In this document: positions 19,058 to 28,911 of the stretch, piece after piece
Numbering within the stretch: the first letter of the stretch is position 1
Layout: each line of letters starts with the position of its first letter
Source: Clostridia bacterium
GTDB taxonomy: Bacteria > Bacillota > Clostridia > TANB77 > CAG-508
DNA length: 64,000 nucleotides
NCBI GenBank assembly: GCA_022797635.1
Contig: JAAWKZ010000003.1
Location: 1,023-65,022, forward strand
Direction: 5' to 3'
Program-made: the position numbers and the translations under genes
Notes under the pieces: generated by a model
Told to the model about the DNA's origin: nothing
What the model saw: only the letters and a program-made list of their open reading frames with translations
The model's database searches: none

Positions 19058-20575
19058 ATGAAACAATTACTTGAAAAAATAAAAACGAAACATTTACATA
19101 TTGCAATTATTATTTTAGGAATTGCATTTATTAGTCTAGCAGCTTTCCATCCAGATATCTGGTTTGACGAAAGCTATTCAGTAGCAATTGCAAAGCACAA
19201 CTTTGCAGATATTTGGACAATTACAGGAAACGACGTACACCCACCAGTATATTATTGGATGCTACATATTGTTTTCTTAATTTTTGGAAATAATGTTACA
19301 GTTTTTAGGCTATTTTCTGTGTTATCAATAGTAATTATGGGCATTATGGGATATACCCATATTCGCAAAGACTTTGGAGAAAAAACAGGATTTTTATTCT
19401 CCTTTTTAGCATATTTTTTACCAGTCATGTGTACTTACAGCCAAGAAATTAGAATGTACTCATGGGCATGTTTATTTACTTTTGTTATGAGTATTTATGC
19501 CTATCGTTTTTATCAAAATTCAAAAAATAGCGAAACAAAACAGAAAAGAAAAAACTTAATCATATTTGGCATTTTTAGTATTCTCTGTTGCTATACACAC
19601 TACTATGCTCTTATTACTGCATGTGTAGTAAATTTATTACTTTTAATTTATGTGATTAAAAATAGAAAAAGCTGTAAAGAGGATTTTCGTAACTTTTTAA
19701 TTTTGGCAGGAATTCAAATTCTTTTATATATTCCATGGTTAGGATACCTATGGAAACAAATCACACATGTAGGTGGGGGATTTTGGATAGGCGTTGGAGT
19801 CAATACATTAGTAGAAGTTCCAAGCTTCCAATTTAGAAGACAATTAGATACCAATTTTGCCTTTAATACTCATACTATTGTTTCATTAGTAGCCTCTCTT
19901 TTAATGTATGCTTATATCATTTATCGTACATATCGTGCGAAAAAGGAAAAAGATACCATGAAACCTGGTGTTTTGGCTATGATTGTATATTTAGGAGTAA
20001 TTGGTATTTACTTAATACCAACTTTCATTTCACCAGTACTATTTTCACGTTATCTATTTGCTATGACAGGAATTTATATTTTTGTGCTTGCCTTTTTCAT
20101 GGCAAAGGAAAAAAGAAAGTGGATAACATGCTTTATCTGTATTGCTATCTTGGCATTAGGAACATGGAGTAATATGACGAATATAGAGATTAACTATGAT
20201 GAAAGCAATATGAAACAAATTGAATATATGAAAGAAAGAATGGAGCCAGATGATATTATTATTTATTCTAATATTGGAAATGGTGGAGTAATAGCAGCCT
20301 TCTTTCCTGAGAATAAACAGTATTTTATCAATGGTGCACATTGGGATGTAGAAGAAGCATATAAATCCTATGGACCAGGAATGGAAACAATTTATGATTG
20401 GAAAGAAACTATTAAAGATTACCATGGTAGAATTTGGTTAGTGGATTCAGAAAATTTAGGATTATATCATGATGAGTTTGAAAAAGAAGGAATGAAAGTA
20501 TTAGCAGGACCAGAAAGATTTGATACCAAATATCAAGACTATATTTACAATATAATCTTATTAGAAAAAGAATAA
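19058..20575 (+). CDS. GT-C-fold membrane glycosyltransferase (GT39/ArnT-like)
   Basis: 505 aa with SD acggagga. Signature WFDESYS ... DVHPPVYY in the first loop, multiple TM helices, and a soluble C-terminal domain. Confidence 0.7.
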   Translation: MKQLLEKIKTKHLHIAIIILGIAFISLAAFHPDIWFDESYSVAIAKHNFADIWTITGNDVHPPVYYWMLHIVFLIFGNNVTVFRLFSVLSIVIMGIMGYTHIRKDFGEKTGFLFSFLAYFLPVMCTYSQEIRMYSWACLFTFVMSIYAYRFYQNSKNSETKQKRKNLIIFGIFSILCCYTHYYALITACVVNLLLLIYVIKNRKSCKEDFRNFLILAGIQILLYIPWLGYLWKQITHVGGGFWIGVGVNTLVEVPSFQFRRQLDTNFAFNTHTIVSLVASLLMYAYIIYRTYRAKKEKDTMKPGVLAMIVYLGVIGIYLIPTFISPVLFSRYLFAMTGIYIFVLAFFMAKEKRKWITCFICIAILALGTWSNMTNIEINYDESNMKQIEYMKERMEPDDIIIYSNIGNGGVIAAFFPENKQYFINGAHWDVEEAYKSYGPGMETIYDWKETIKDYHGRIWLVDSENLGLYHDEFEKEGMKVLAGPERFDTKYQDYIYNIILLEKE

Positions 20576-20603
20576 TAGTTGAAAATAAAAGGAATGTTAA
20601 TAA

Positions 20604-22082
20604 ATGGAGAAAATAAAAGGGATAATTAAATCAAAGAGCTTTCATATTATATGGATTGTTTTAGGGAGTATCCTTATCTTATTGACTGCTTTTTTTATAG
20701 AACTATGGTATGACGAAAGTTATACCATGGGTTTGGTAAGGCATGATTTTGCACAAATTGTTGAAATAGGAAGTCAAGATGTTCATCCAATTTTATATTA
20801 TTTAATGCTTAAAATAGTGATGTTAATTTTGGGTGATAGCATTTTAGTAGCAAGATTGTTTTCTATGATACCAGCTATTTTAACTGGTATTTTAGGGTAT
20901 ACCCATATTCGTAAAGACTTTGGAAGCAAGGTAGGACTTTTATTTTCAGTTCTTATTTTTGCTTTGCCAGTAATGCCAAGCTATGGAGCAGAAATTCGTA
21001 TGTATACATGGACACTTTTCTTTGCGACAATATCAGCAATATATGCTTATAGAATTAGCAAAGAAAATAAAGTGAAGAATTGGAGTTTATTTGCAATTTT
21101 TAGTTTGGCTACAGCACATTGCCATTATTATGGTTTAGCAACAGTAGCTATTATAAATGCTTTACTATTATTTCATATTCTGATTACCAAAAATGAAGAA
21201 ATTAGAAATGCAAAAAGAAGTTATTTAGTTTGATTTTTAATTACTGCTATTGTACAAATTTTAGGATATTTGCCATGGCTGTTTATCTTTTTTAGACAAG
21301 CAAAATCAGTAAGTCAAGGATTTTGGATACCGCTTAATTTTAGAGATAGTGTACTAGCACCACTTGCAGTGCAATTTCATGGAGTAATAGGAGTTGACTT
21401 TTCTTTTATTATAGCAGGAATAATTTATATTTATTACCTATATCAAATTATCTGGAATAAAATACATAAAAGAAAAAATGTAGTTTGCTATTGTTTAGCT
21501 ATTCATTTCATCTTATATATTGCTATGCTAGTAGTAAGTTTAGTGGCTAAGCCAATTATGTATTATCGTTATATGGTGGTAACAACAGGAATTTTGATTT
21601 TTCCATTAGCATACTTTTTGGCAAATAGTAGTACAAAAATCCAAAAAGCAATAGCGACTTTTGTAGTAATTATCTTTTTAGGATTGAGTATATATGATAA
21701 TAGTGTTAGAATAAAAGAAAACTATGATATTTCTAATGGACAAGAGATACAATATATTCAAGAGAAATATGATGAAAATACTATTTTAGTATATAGTGAT
21801 ATTTTCTTAGCCAGTAGTTTGGCAGAGCAATTACCAGACTATAATTGGTGCTATTATTTAGGAGATAATGCTGTGGAATTAAAGCCATTTGAATTATCTA
21901 CTAAAGCTGTTAATAGTCAGTTTTTAGAAGAGTATCATGGTAAAATCATTTTAATTGACAGTGAGGGAACTGTTGCATACCGAGATATGAGTAATAAATA
22001 CCAATTAAAAGAAATAGAGAAGAAACGAATTCAAATTAAGTATAGAGGAATGGTATATCATATTATCATTTTAGAAAAATAA
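20604..22082 (+). pseudogene. Tandem paralog of the preceding GT-C glycosyltransferase, interrupted by a single in-frame TGA (21231-21233)
   Basis: ORFs 20604-21233 and 21270-22082 are in the same phase and align end to end with 19058-20575 (WYDESYT, DVHPILYY, GYTHIRKDFG, YLPWL, ILLEK). The only stop between them is TGA at 21231. Confidence 0.7.
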
Positions 22083-22098
22083 GAGAAGGAGAAAAAAT

Positions 22099-23019
22099 AT
22101 GCTTCTAGATAATTTGGCAAATAACATTGCTAATAACTTAGGTTATAATAGTGAAGATATAAAAGTGTATGCTTTTATTGGACCTTCTGGTACAGGGAAA
22201 AGTTATCGTGCTCAAATGGTGGCAAGTGAAAATAATATTGCCTATATTATAGATGATGGATTACTAATTAATGAAAATGATGTAATTGCAGGGACATCTG
22301 CAAAAAAAGCGCCAACTAAAATAGAAACTGTTAAAAAGGCAATATTTGTAAATGATAGTGACAGAAATGAAATGAAAAAGGCGATTCGAAAGAATAAGCC
22401 AGAATCTATTTTAATACTAGGTACTTCAGATGGAATGATAGATAAGATTACAGAAAACTTAGGACTTCCAAAGCCTTGTAAAAGAATCTATATTCAAGAT
22501 GTAGCAACAGAAGCAGAAATGGAAACAGCTAAAAGAATTCGTACAACACAAGGAAAACATGTTATTCCAGTACCTACCTTTGAAATCAAGAAGGATTTTT
22601 CAGGATATATTTTAGATCCATTACAAATTTTTAAATTTAAGGGAAAAGGAACAGACCCCTATATTACAGAAAAATCCATTATTAGACCAACTTTTAGCTA
22701 CTTGGGGAATTTTACGATTTCAGATGCTGTATTTCGCCAAATTGCAGAATATTTAGCAAAACGAACAGATGCAATTTATAAAGTAATTAGAACAAGAGTA
22801 GAAAGTACTCCAGAAGGACCTAATATTTATATGGAGGTTTCTATTAATTATGGGTATAATATATTAGGAACCTTAAGGACATATAAAGAGAAGATAAAAA
22901 GAGAAATTGAAAAATTGACCACCATGAATGTACAGCAAGTTACGATTGTGGCGAAGGGAATTCATATGCCAGAACCAGAGGAAATGAAGAGATTAAGTGA
23001 AGCTCAAGAGGAAGAATAG
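22099..23019 (+). CDS. P-loop NTPase fused to an Asp23/Gls24-like C-terminal domain, function unknown
   Basis: 306 aa with SD aaggaga. Walker A GPSGTGKS near the N-terminus. The C-terminal half (ISDAVFRQIAEY...VESTPEGPNIYMEVSINYGYNI...EKLTTMNVQQVTIVAKGI) resembles alkaline-shock Asp23 proteins. Confidence 0.55.
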   Translation: MLLDNLANNIANNLGYNSEDIKVYAFIGPSGTGKSYRAQMVASENNIAYIIDDGLLINENDVIAGTSAKKAPTKIETVKKAIFVNDSDRNEMKKAIRKNKPESILILGTSDGMIDKITENLGLPKPCKRIYIQDVATEAEMETAKRIRTTQGKHVIPVPTFEIKKDFSGYILDPLQIFKFKGKGTDPYITEKSIIRPTFSYLGNFTISDAVFRQIAEYLAKRTDAIYKVIRTRVESTPEGPNIYMEVSINYGYNILGTLRTYKEKIKREIEKLTTMNVQQVTIVAKGIHMPEPEEMKRLSEAQEEE

Positions 23020-23045
23020 TAAGAGAATCAAAGGAGGAAGTTTAA

Positions 23046-23723
23046 ATGTCATTTGTTGTAGCAATTGATGGACCATCAGGTACAGGAAAAGGAACTATTG
23101 CTAAATTAATCGCGCAAGAGTTAGATTTAGTAAATATTGATACAGGAGCTATGTATCGTTGTATTGCACTTGCATGTTTAACAGAAGGTATAACAAACAA
23201 TGAAGAGAGAGAAAGAATTATAGAAATAGCAAGAAGAGTGGAGATTCAAATACGACACAATGGAGTAGAACAGGAAATCTTTTTAGATAATAGAAATGTA
23301 AGCAAAGAAATTAGGTCACAAGAAGTAACTATGATGGCTTCTCAAGTGTCTGCAATTCCTGAAGTGCGAGAAATAATGGTGAATTTGCAAAGAAAAATGG
23401 CAGAAGGTGAAGATGTCATTATGGAAGGAAGAGATATTGCAACAGAAGTATTTCCAAATGCACAAGTAAAGATTTATTTAGATGCAACATCAGAAGAAAG
23501 AGCTAATAGAAGATATAAAGAGAATCAGGAAAAAGGCATTAACTCAGATATGACCTATGAACAAGTATTAAAAACAATTGAAAAAAGAGATTATGATGAT
23601 AGTCATAGAACAGTAGGAGCTTTAAAAATAGCAGAAGGTGCTATTGTGGTAGATACTACTAAAATGACAATTGAAGAAGTAAAGGAGAAAGTAAAAGAGA
23701 TTATTTTAGAGAGGAGAAAATAG
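23046..23723 (+). CDS. cmk: Cytidylate kinase
   Basis: 225 aa. [19 protein letters not shown] ... DTGAMYR ... [10 protein letters not shown]. Confidence 0.95.
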   Translation: MSFVVAIDGPSGTGKGTIAKLIAQELDLVNIDTGAMYRCIALACLTEGITNNEERERIIEIARRVEIQIRHNGVEQEIFLDNRNVSKEIRSQEVTMMASQVSAIPEVREIMVNLQRKMAEGEDVIMEGRDIATEVFPNAQVKIYLDATSEERANRRYKENQEKGINSDMTYEQVLKTIEKRDYDDSHRTVGALKIAEGAIVVDTTKMTIEEVKEKVKEIILERRK

Positions 23724-23725
23724 AA

Positions 23726-24727
23726 ATGGCCATTTTATTACCAGGAGGAGCAGGATACATAGGAAGTCACACTGCAGTTGAACTTTTAAATGCAGGGAAG
23801 GAAATTATTATTGTAGATAATTTTTCAAACAGTAAACCAGAAGTACTAGATAAAATTAAACAAATTACAGGAAAAGATTTTAAATTTTATGAGTTGGACT
23901 GTTTAGATAGAACAGTTTTAGAGAAAGTATTTGAGGAAAATCAAATTGAAGCTGTTATTAATTTTGCAGGTTTTAAAGCAGTTGGAGAATCTGTACAAAA
24001 GCCAATAGAATATTATACAAACAATGTAACAGGGGCATTAACCATTCTAGACATTATGAGAAAATATAACTGTAAAAAGTTCATCTTTAGTTCTTCAGCA
24101 ACTGTTTATGGAGAACCAGAAAGAATACCTTTAACAGAAGAATGTAAAACAGGTGGAACTACTAATCCATATGGGACAACAAAACTATTTATTGAACAAA
24201 TCTTAAAAGATACTTATCATTCTGACAATGAGTGGGATATTTGTATTTTAAGATATTTTAATCCAGTTGGCTCTCATGAGAGTGGGCTAATTGGGGAAGA
24301 GCCGCAAGGTATTCCGAATAATTTAATGCCATATATCGTAAGAGTAGCAAACGGACAATTAAAAGAACTATCTGTATTCGGTAATGATTATAATACGCCA
24401 GATGGTACAGGAGTTAGAGATTATATCCATGTAGTAGATTTGGCAAAAGGACATTTAAAGGCATTAGAAAAAATTGAAAAAGAAGGAAAAGGGCTATATA
24501 TTTATAACTTAGGAACTGGAACAGGGTACAGTGTTTTAGATATGGTAAAGGCTTTTGAAAAAGCAACAGGTCAAAAAGTGCCATATAAAATTGCAGAAAG
24601 AAGAGCAGGGGATATTGCAACTTGTTATGCGGAAATAAAAAAGGCAAAAGAGGAACTAGGATGGGTATCAGAAAAGAACTTGGAAGACATGTGTAGAGAT
24701 TCTTGGAACTATATTATGAAAAAATAA
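23726..24727 (+). CDS. galE: UDP-glucose 4-epimerase
   Basis: 333 aa. [27 protein letters not shown] (YxxxK), and RYFNPVGSH. Confidence 0.93.
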   Translation: MAILLPGGAGYIGSHTAVELLNAGKEIIIVDNFSNSKPEVLDKIKQITGKDFKFYELDCLDRTVLEKVFEENQIEAVINFAGFKAVGESVQKPIEYYTNNVTGALTILDIMRKYNCKKFIFSSSATVYGEPERIPLTEECKTGGTTNPYGTTKLFIEQILKDTYHSDNEWDICILRYFNPVGSHESGLIGEEPQGIPNNLMPYIVRVANGQLKELSVFGNDYNTPDGTGVRDYIHVVDLAKGHLKALEKIEKEGKGLYIYNLGTGTGYSVLDMVKAFEKATGQKVPYKIAERRAGDIATCYAEIKKAKEELGWVSEKNLEDMCRDSWNYIMKK

Positions 24728-24755
24728 AATAGAATATAGTCTAATTAAATTTAAA

Positions 24756-24791
24756 AAAGAAATGACAATTATAGTTCATTTCTTTCTTTTT
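24756..24791 (+). terminator. Rho-independent terminator after galE
   Basis: Stem aaagaaatga / tcatttcttt with a 10-nt loop and a T-run. Confidence 0.7.
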
Positions 24792-24836
24792 ACGACATTT
24801 TATGATAAAATAGGTTAAACTATTGTCATGAACTAC

Positions 24837-24865
24837 TTGAAGTTATATGACCAATTCTATATAAT
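24837..24865 (+). promoter_or_regulatory. Putative sigma-A promoter of the polysaccharide locus
   Basis: TTGAAG (24837-24842), 17-nt spacer, TATAAT (24860-24865). This makes the track ATG at 24866 implausible as a start. Confidence 0.55.
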
Positions 24866-24898
24866 ATGCTTAGTGAAAATTTAAGGAAGGTTTTTATA

Positions 24899-25555
24899 AT
24901 GAAGAAGGTTCTAAGAAATATATACTTGATTTTAAAAAGAGTTTTTGAATTCCTTATTTCGTTAATATTGTGTGTTGTTTTATTAATTCCTTTTATAGTA
25001 ATAGCAATAGCTATAAAAATTGAAGATAGAGGAACAGTATTATATAAACAAACCAGAATAGGAAAAAAGGGGAAGCCTTTTCAAATATACAAATTTAGGA
25101 GTATGAAAACAAATCGAGAAGAATTAAATAGTAATATGTCACATGAAGAAATGGTAACGAAGGTAGGGAGAGTTATTAGAAAAACTAGTCTTGATGAACT
25201 ACCACAGCTTATTAATATATTGAAGGGAGAAATGGGGTTTATTGGACCAAGACCATGGATACCAGAATATTATGAGTGGTTTACTGAAGAACAAAAAAGA
25301 AGAAGTGATGTGTTACCAGGAATTACTGGACTAGCACAAGCTAAGGGAAGAAATAATATCAACATATTTAAAAAAATAGACTATGATTTAGAATATGTTG
25401 ATAATGTTAGTCTATTTATGGACTTAAAAATTATATGGCTAACAATAAAGGAAGTTTTTGCAACAACAGGAGCAGAAGCATCAGAAATAGAAATAAAAGC
25501 GGAAATAGAAGATTTGAAGCGAGAAAATAAGAACTATAGTAAGGGAGAAATATAG
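24899..25555 (+). CDS. Undecaprenyl-phosphate sugar phosphotransferase (bacterial sugar transferase family, initiating enzyme)
   Basis: ATG 24899 follows SD aaggaagg. One TM helix, then IYKFRSM ... DELPQLINILKGEMGFIGPRP ... PGITGLAQ. Confidence 0.88.
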   Translation: MKKVLRNIYLILKRVFEFLISLILCVVLLIPFIVIAIAIKIEDRGTVLYKQTRIGKKGKPFQIYKFRSMKTNREELNSNMSHEEMVTKVGRVIRKTSLDELPQLINILKGEMGFIGPRPWIPEYYEWFTEEQKRRSDVLPGITGLAQAKGRNNINIFKKIDYDLEYVDNVSLFMDLKIIWLTIKEVFATTGAEASEIEIKAEIEDLKRENKNYSKGEI

Positions 25556-25560
25556 TAAGA

Positions 25561-26334
25561 ATGAAAGAACCTTTAATTAGTGTAGTTATGCCAGCATATA
25601 ATGCAGAAAAGTATATAGCTAAGTCAATAGAATCTGTTTTGAATCAAACTTATAAGAATTTGGAATTAATTATTATTAACGATTGTTCTAAAGACAAGAC
25701 AGAAGAAATAATAGAACGATATTGCAAGCAAGATGAAAGAATAAGAAATTATACTAATCAAATAAATTCAGGAGTTTCTTTTAGCAGAAATTTTGGTGTA
25801 GAACAAGCTAATGGAGAATGGGTTGCTTTTTTAGATAGTGATGATATTTGGAAAGAAGAAAAGTTACAAAAACAAATAGATTTATTAAAAAGAGAAAAGA
25901 TGGAGCCTGTATTAGTATATACAGGCTCATCTTTTATTGATGAAAATGAAAATCCATATTCATATGTAAGACAGGTACCAGAAACAGTAAGTTATAAAAA
26001 ATTGCTGAATCAAAATGTAATATCTTGTTCTTCTGTTTTAGCAAAAAAAGAAGTACTTAGCTCTGTAAAAATGGAACATGACAAAATGCATGAAGATTTT
26101 TTGGTCTGGTTAAAGATATTAAGAAATTTTAATGTTTGTGCCTATGGCATAAATGAACCATTATTGGTTTATAGAATATCAAAAGGTTCAAAATCAGGGA
26201 ATAAGATAAAGGCTGCTAAAATGACGTATATGGTATATAAACATATGGAACTTAATATTTTTCAAAGAGGTTATTATATGGTACAATATACAATTAGAAG
26301 TTTAATAAAATATAGGAATATTAACAAATCATAA
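25561..26334 (+). CDS. Family-2 glycosyltransferase
   Basis: 257 aa. ISVVMPAYNAEKYI, IIINDCSKD, and FLDSDDIW (DxD). Confidence 0.88.
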   Translation: MKEPLISVVMPAYNAEKYIAKSIESVLNQTYKNLELIIINDCSKDKTEEIIERYCKQDERIRNYTNQINSGVSFSRNFGVEQANGEWVAFLDSDDIWKEEKLQKQIDLLKREKMEPVLVYTGSSFIDENENPYSYVRQVPETVSYKKLLNQNVISCSSVLAKKEVLSSVKMEHDKMHEDFLVWLKILRNFNVCAYGINEPLLVYRISKGSKSGNKIKAAKMTYMVYKHMELNIFQRGYYMVQYTIRSLIKYRNINKS

Positions 26335-26345
26335 AGGAGAAAGTC

Positions 26346-27809
26346 ATGAAGATATTTTTTATTAATCCACCTTTTAAAGCAGAATATGGGAAATTTTCAA
26401 GAGAGTCAAGGAGTCCATCAATAGGACATAGTGGAGTGTTATATTATCCACTATGGCTAATTTATGCTGCAGCACTTGCAGAAAAAGAAGGGCATCAAGT
26501 AGAGTTCTTAGATGCTCCAGCTAATTTATTAAATGAAGAAAAGAGTTTAGAGTATGTTGCAAAAAGAATAGAAGGAACAAAATTAGTTGTATTGGATACA
26601 AGTACACCATCTATTTATAGTGATATCAATTTTGCAAAGAAAATAAAGGAAAAATATTCTGATGTATTTATATTACTTGTGGGAACACATCCTTCTGCTA
26701 CAGCAGAAGAAACATTAAAATTAGAACCAAAAATAGACGCAGTAGCAAGAAAAGAGTATGATAATACAGTAAGAGAATTAGCAAGAACGATAGAACAAGG
26801 GATAGATATTAGTCAGGTAAAAGGAATTAGTTATAGAAAAGGAAATGAAATTATTCATAATGAAGATGCAGAATATATTACGGATTTAGATGAAATACCT
26901 TTTGCTTCTAAATTTATTAAAGAACATTTATCTGTTTATGACTATTCTTTTCCAGCTGCTACTTATCCTGCAATACAAATTTTTACAGGTAGAGGATGCC
27001 CTGCACATTGTAATTTTTGTGTGTATCCACAAACGATGCATGGACATCAATATAGAACAAGAAGTGAAGAAAATGTAATTGAAGAAATGAAATATATAGC
27101 TGAAAACTTCCCAGATGTAAAAGAGATTGTTATAGAAGATGACACTTTTACTATTCGCAAAGATAGAATCGCTAAAATTTGTAATTTGATGATAGAAAAT
27201 AAATTAAATAAGAGGTTTAAATGGTTATGTAATGCAAGAGCAAATTTGGATTATGAAACAATGAAACTAATGAAAAAAGCAGGATGTAGATTAATTATAC
27301 CAGGGATTGAAAGCTTTAACCAAGAAATCTTAAAGAATATCAAAAAGGGAACTACTACAAAACAAATTGAAGATTACATCAAAGGTGCTAAAAAAGCTCA
27401 TCTTCTTGTTCATGCTTGCTATATGGTAGGAAACGAAGGCGAAACAAAAGAAACGATGCAAACAACATTAGAAGCGTCACTAAGATTTAATACGGATACT
27501 GCTCAATTCTTTCCGTTAATACCTTATCCAGGAACTGAGGCATATAACTGGGCAAAAGAAAATGGATATATTAATGGAAAATATGATGAGTATTGCAAAG
27601 AAGATGGAACTTTGAATTGTGTACTAAATTTACCAGGGCTCTCAGCCAAAGAATTAGTTGATTTTTGTGATTATGCTAGGAAAAAGTATTATTTAAGACC
27701 AAGATATATTCTGCATAGATTGCATATAGGTTTGCTACATCCATCTGATTTAAAAAGGTCATTAAAAGCATTTGGAACTATAAAAAAATATTTATTTAAG
27801 AAAAAGTAA
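26346..27809 (+). CDS. B12-binding (class B) radical SAM enzyme
   Basis: 487 aa. N-terminal cobalamin-binding-like domain, then TGRGCPAHCNFCVYP (CxxxCxxC). Embedded in the polysaccharide locus. Confidence 0.8.
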   Translation: MKIFFINPPFKAEYGKFSRESRSPSIGHSGVLYYPLWLIYAAALAEKEGHQVEFLDAPANLLNEEKSLEYVAKRIEGTKLVVLDTSTPSIYSDINFAKKIKEKYSDVFILLVGTHPSATAEETLKLEPKIDAVARKEYDNTVRELARTIEQGIDISQVKGISYRKGNEIIHNEDAEYITDLDEIPFASKFIKEHLSVYDYSFPAATYPAIQIFTGRGCPAHCNFCVYPQTMHGHQYRTRSEENVIEEMKYIAENFPDVKEIVIEDDTFTIRKDRIAKICNLMIENKLNKRFKWLCNARANLDYETMKLMKKAGCRLIIPGIESFNQEILKNIKKGTTTKQIEDYIKGAKKAHLLVHACYMVGNEGETKETMQTTLEASLRFNTDTAQFFPLIPYPGTEAYNWAKENGYINGKYDEYCKEDGTLNCVLNLPGLSAKELVDFCDYARKKYYLRPRYILHRLHIGLLHPSDLKRSLKAFGTIKKYLFKKK

Positions 27810-27822
27810 TATAGGAGAAATT

Positions 27823-28893
27823 ATGAAAGCATTGATTATAGGTTTTTTTTCAAAAACATATATGCCATATATGCAAAGATATGAAAAAATATTTCAAGAA
27901 AATAATGTGGAATACGATATTGTTACATTTGATAGAGATAGTAATGGAAAAATAGAACAAAATGGAAATACCTATTTATTCAAACATATGACAGGTACTA
28001 ATAAACTGGAACTACTTTTCTTGTCTATAAAATATAGAAGACTTATTGTAAAATTACTAAAAAAGAATAGATATGATAAATTAGTAATTTTAACGACTAT
28101 GCCAGGAATTTTAATACATAGAAAATTATTGAAAAGATATAAAAATAATTACATTTTTGATTATAGGGATTATACTTATGAGAAGATAGGAATATATAGG
28201 AAAATTGTAGACAAGATTATCCAAAATTCATATTGTACGCTAATGTCTTCAAAAGGATATATGAAGTTTTTTGAAAATAAAGATAAAATTATTATTACAC
28301 ATAATATATCTAATGAAGAACATCAAGAAGAAAAAGCAATTGACTTAAGAGTAAAAGAAAATCTAAATATAGGATTTTTAGGATATGTTAGGTATTTTGA
28401 TGTAAATAGTAAATTAATTAATGCCTTTAAGAATAGTGAAAAAGTAAGTTTTACTTATATAGGATTACCTTTTAAAGATTGTGATTTAGAAGGCTTTTGC
28501 AAGGTAAATAATATTCAAAATGTTAAATTTATGGGAAGATATGAAAACAGTGAGAAAGCTAAGTTGTATAAAGATATAGATATTATCAATTCTATTTATA
28601 GTCTAGACTCAGAAGAAGTACAACCAGCAATTCCAAATAGGCTATATGACGCAGCTTTATTTAAAAAGCCAATTATTACAGCAAAAGGAACTTATCTTGC
28701 ACAAATTGTAGAAGAATACCAATTAGGATTTTCAATTGATGTATACCAAGAAGATGTTCGAGAAGCGTTAGAGAATTACCAAAGCAATTTTAATGCACAG
28801 GAATTTACAAAAAGATGTAACCAATTTTTAGAAGAAATATATCAGGATGAAAAGAAGTGCAATGAAGCTACAAAAAATTTTGTTCAAGCTTAA
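27823..28893 (+). CDS. Uncharacterised polysaccharide-locus protein, probable GT-B-like glycosyltransferase
   Basis: 356 aa soluble protein in operon context. I recognise no diagnostic motif. Confidence 0.45.
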   Translation: MKALIIGFFSKTYMPYMQRYEKIFQENNVEYDIVTFDRDSNGKIEQNGNTYLFKHMTGTNKLELLFLSIKYRRLIVKLLKKNRYDKLVILTTMPGILIHRKLLKRYKNNYIFDYRDYTYEKIGIYRKIVDKIIQNSYCTLMSSKGYMKFFENKDKIIITHNISNEEHQEEKAIDLRVKENLNIGFLGYVRYFDVNSKLINAFKNSEKVSFTYIGLPFKDCDLEGFCKVNNIQNVKFMGRYENSEKAKLYKDIDIINSIYSLDSEEVQPAIPNRLYDAALFKKPIITAKGTYLAQIVEEYQLGFSIDVYQEDVREALENYQSNFNAQEFTKRCNQFLEEIYQDEKKCNEATKNFVQA

Positions 28894-28911
28894 AATAACA
28901 AGGAGAAAAAG

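Noticed and set aside
21231-21233. TGA reassignment (genetic code 4 or 25) as an explanation for the in-frame TGA.
   Set aside because: There is only one such case in ~60 genes. TGA serves as a genuine stop for the corrected debranching-enzyme frame (55110-55112). ORF lengths are normal under code 11.
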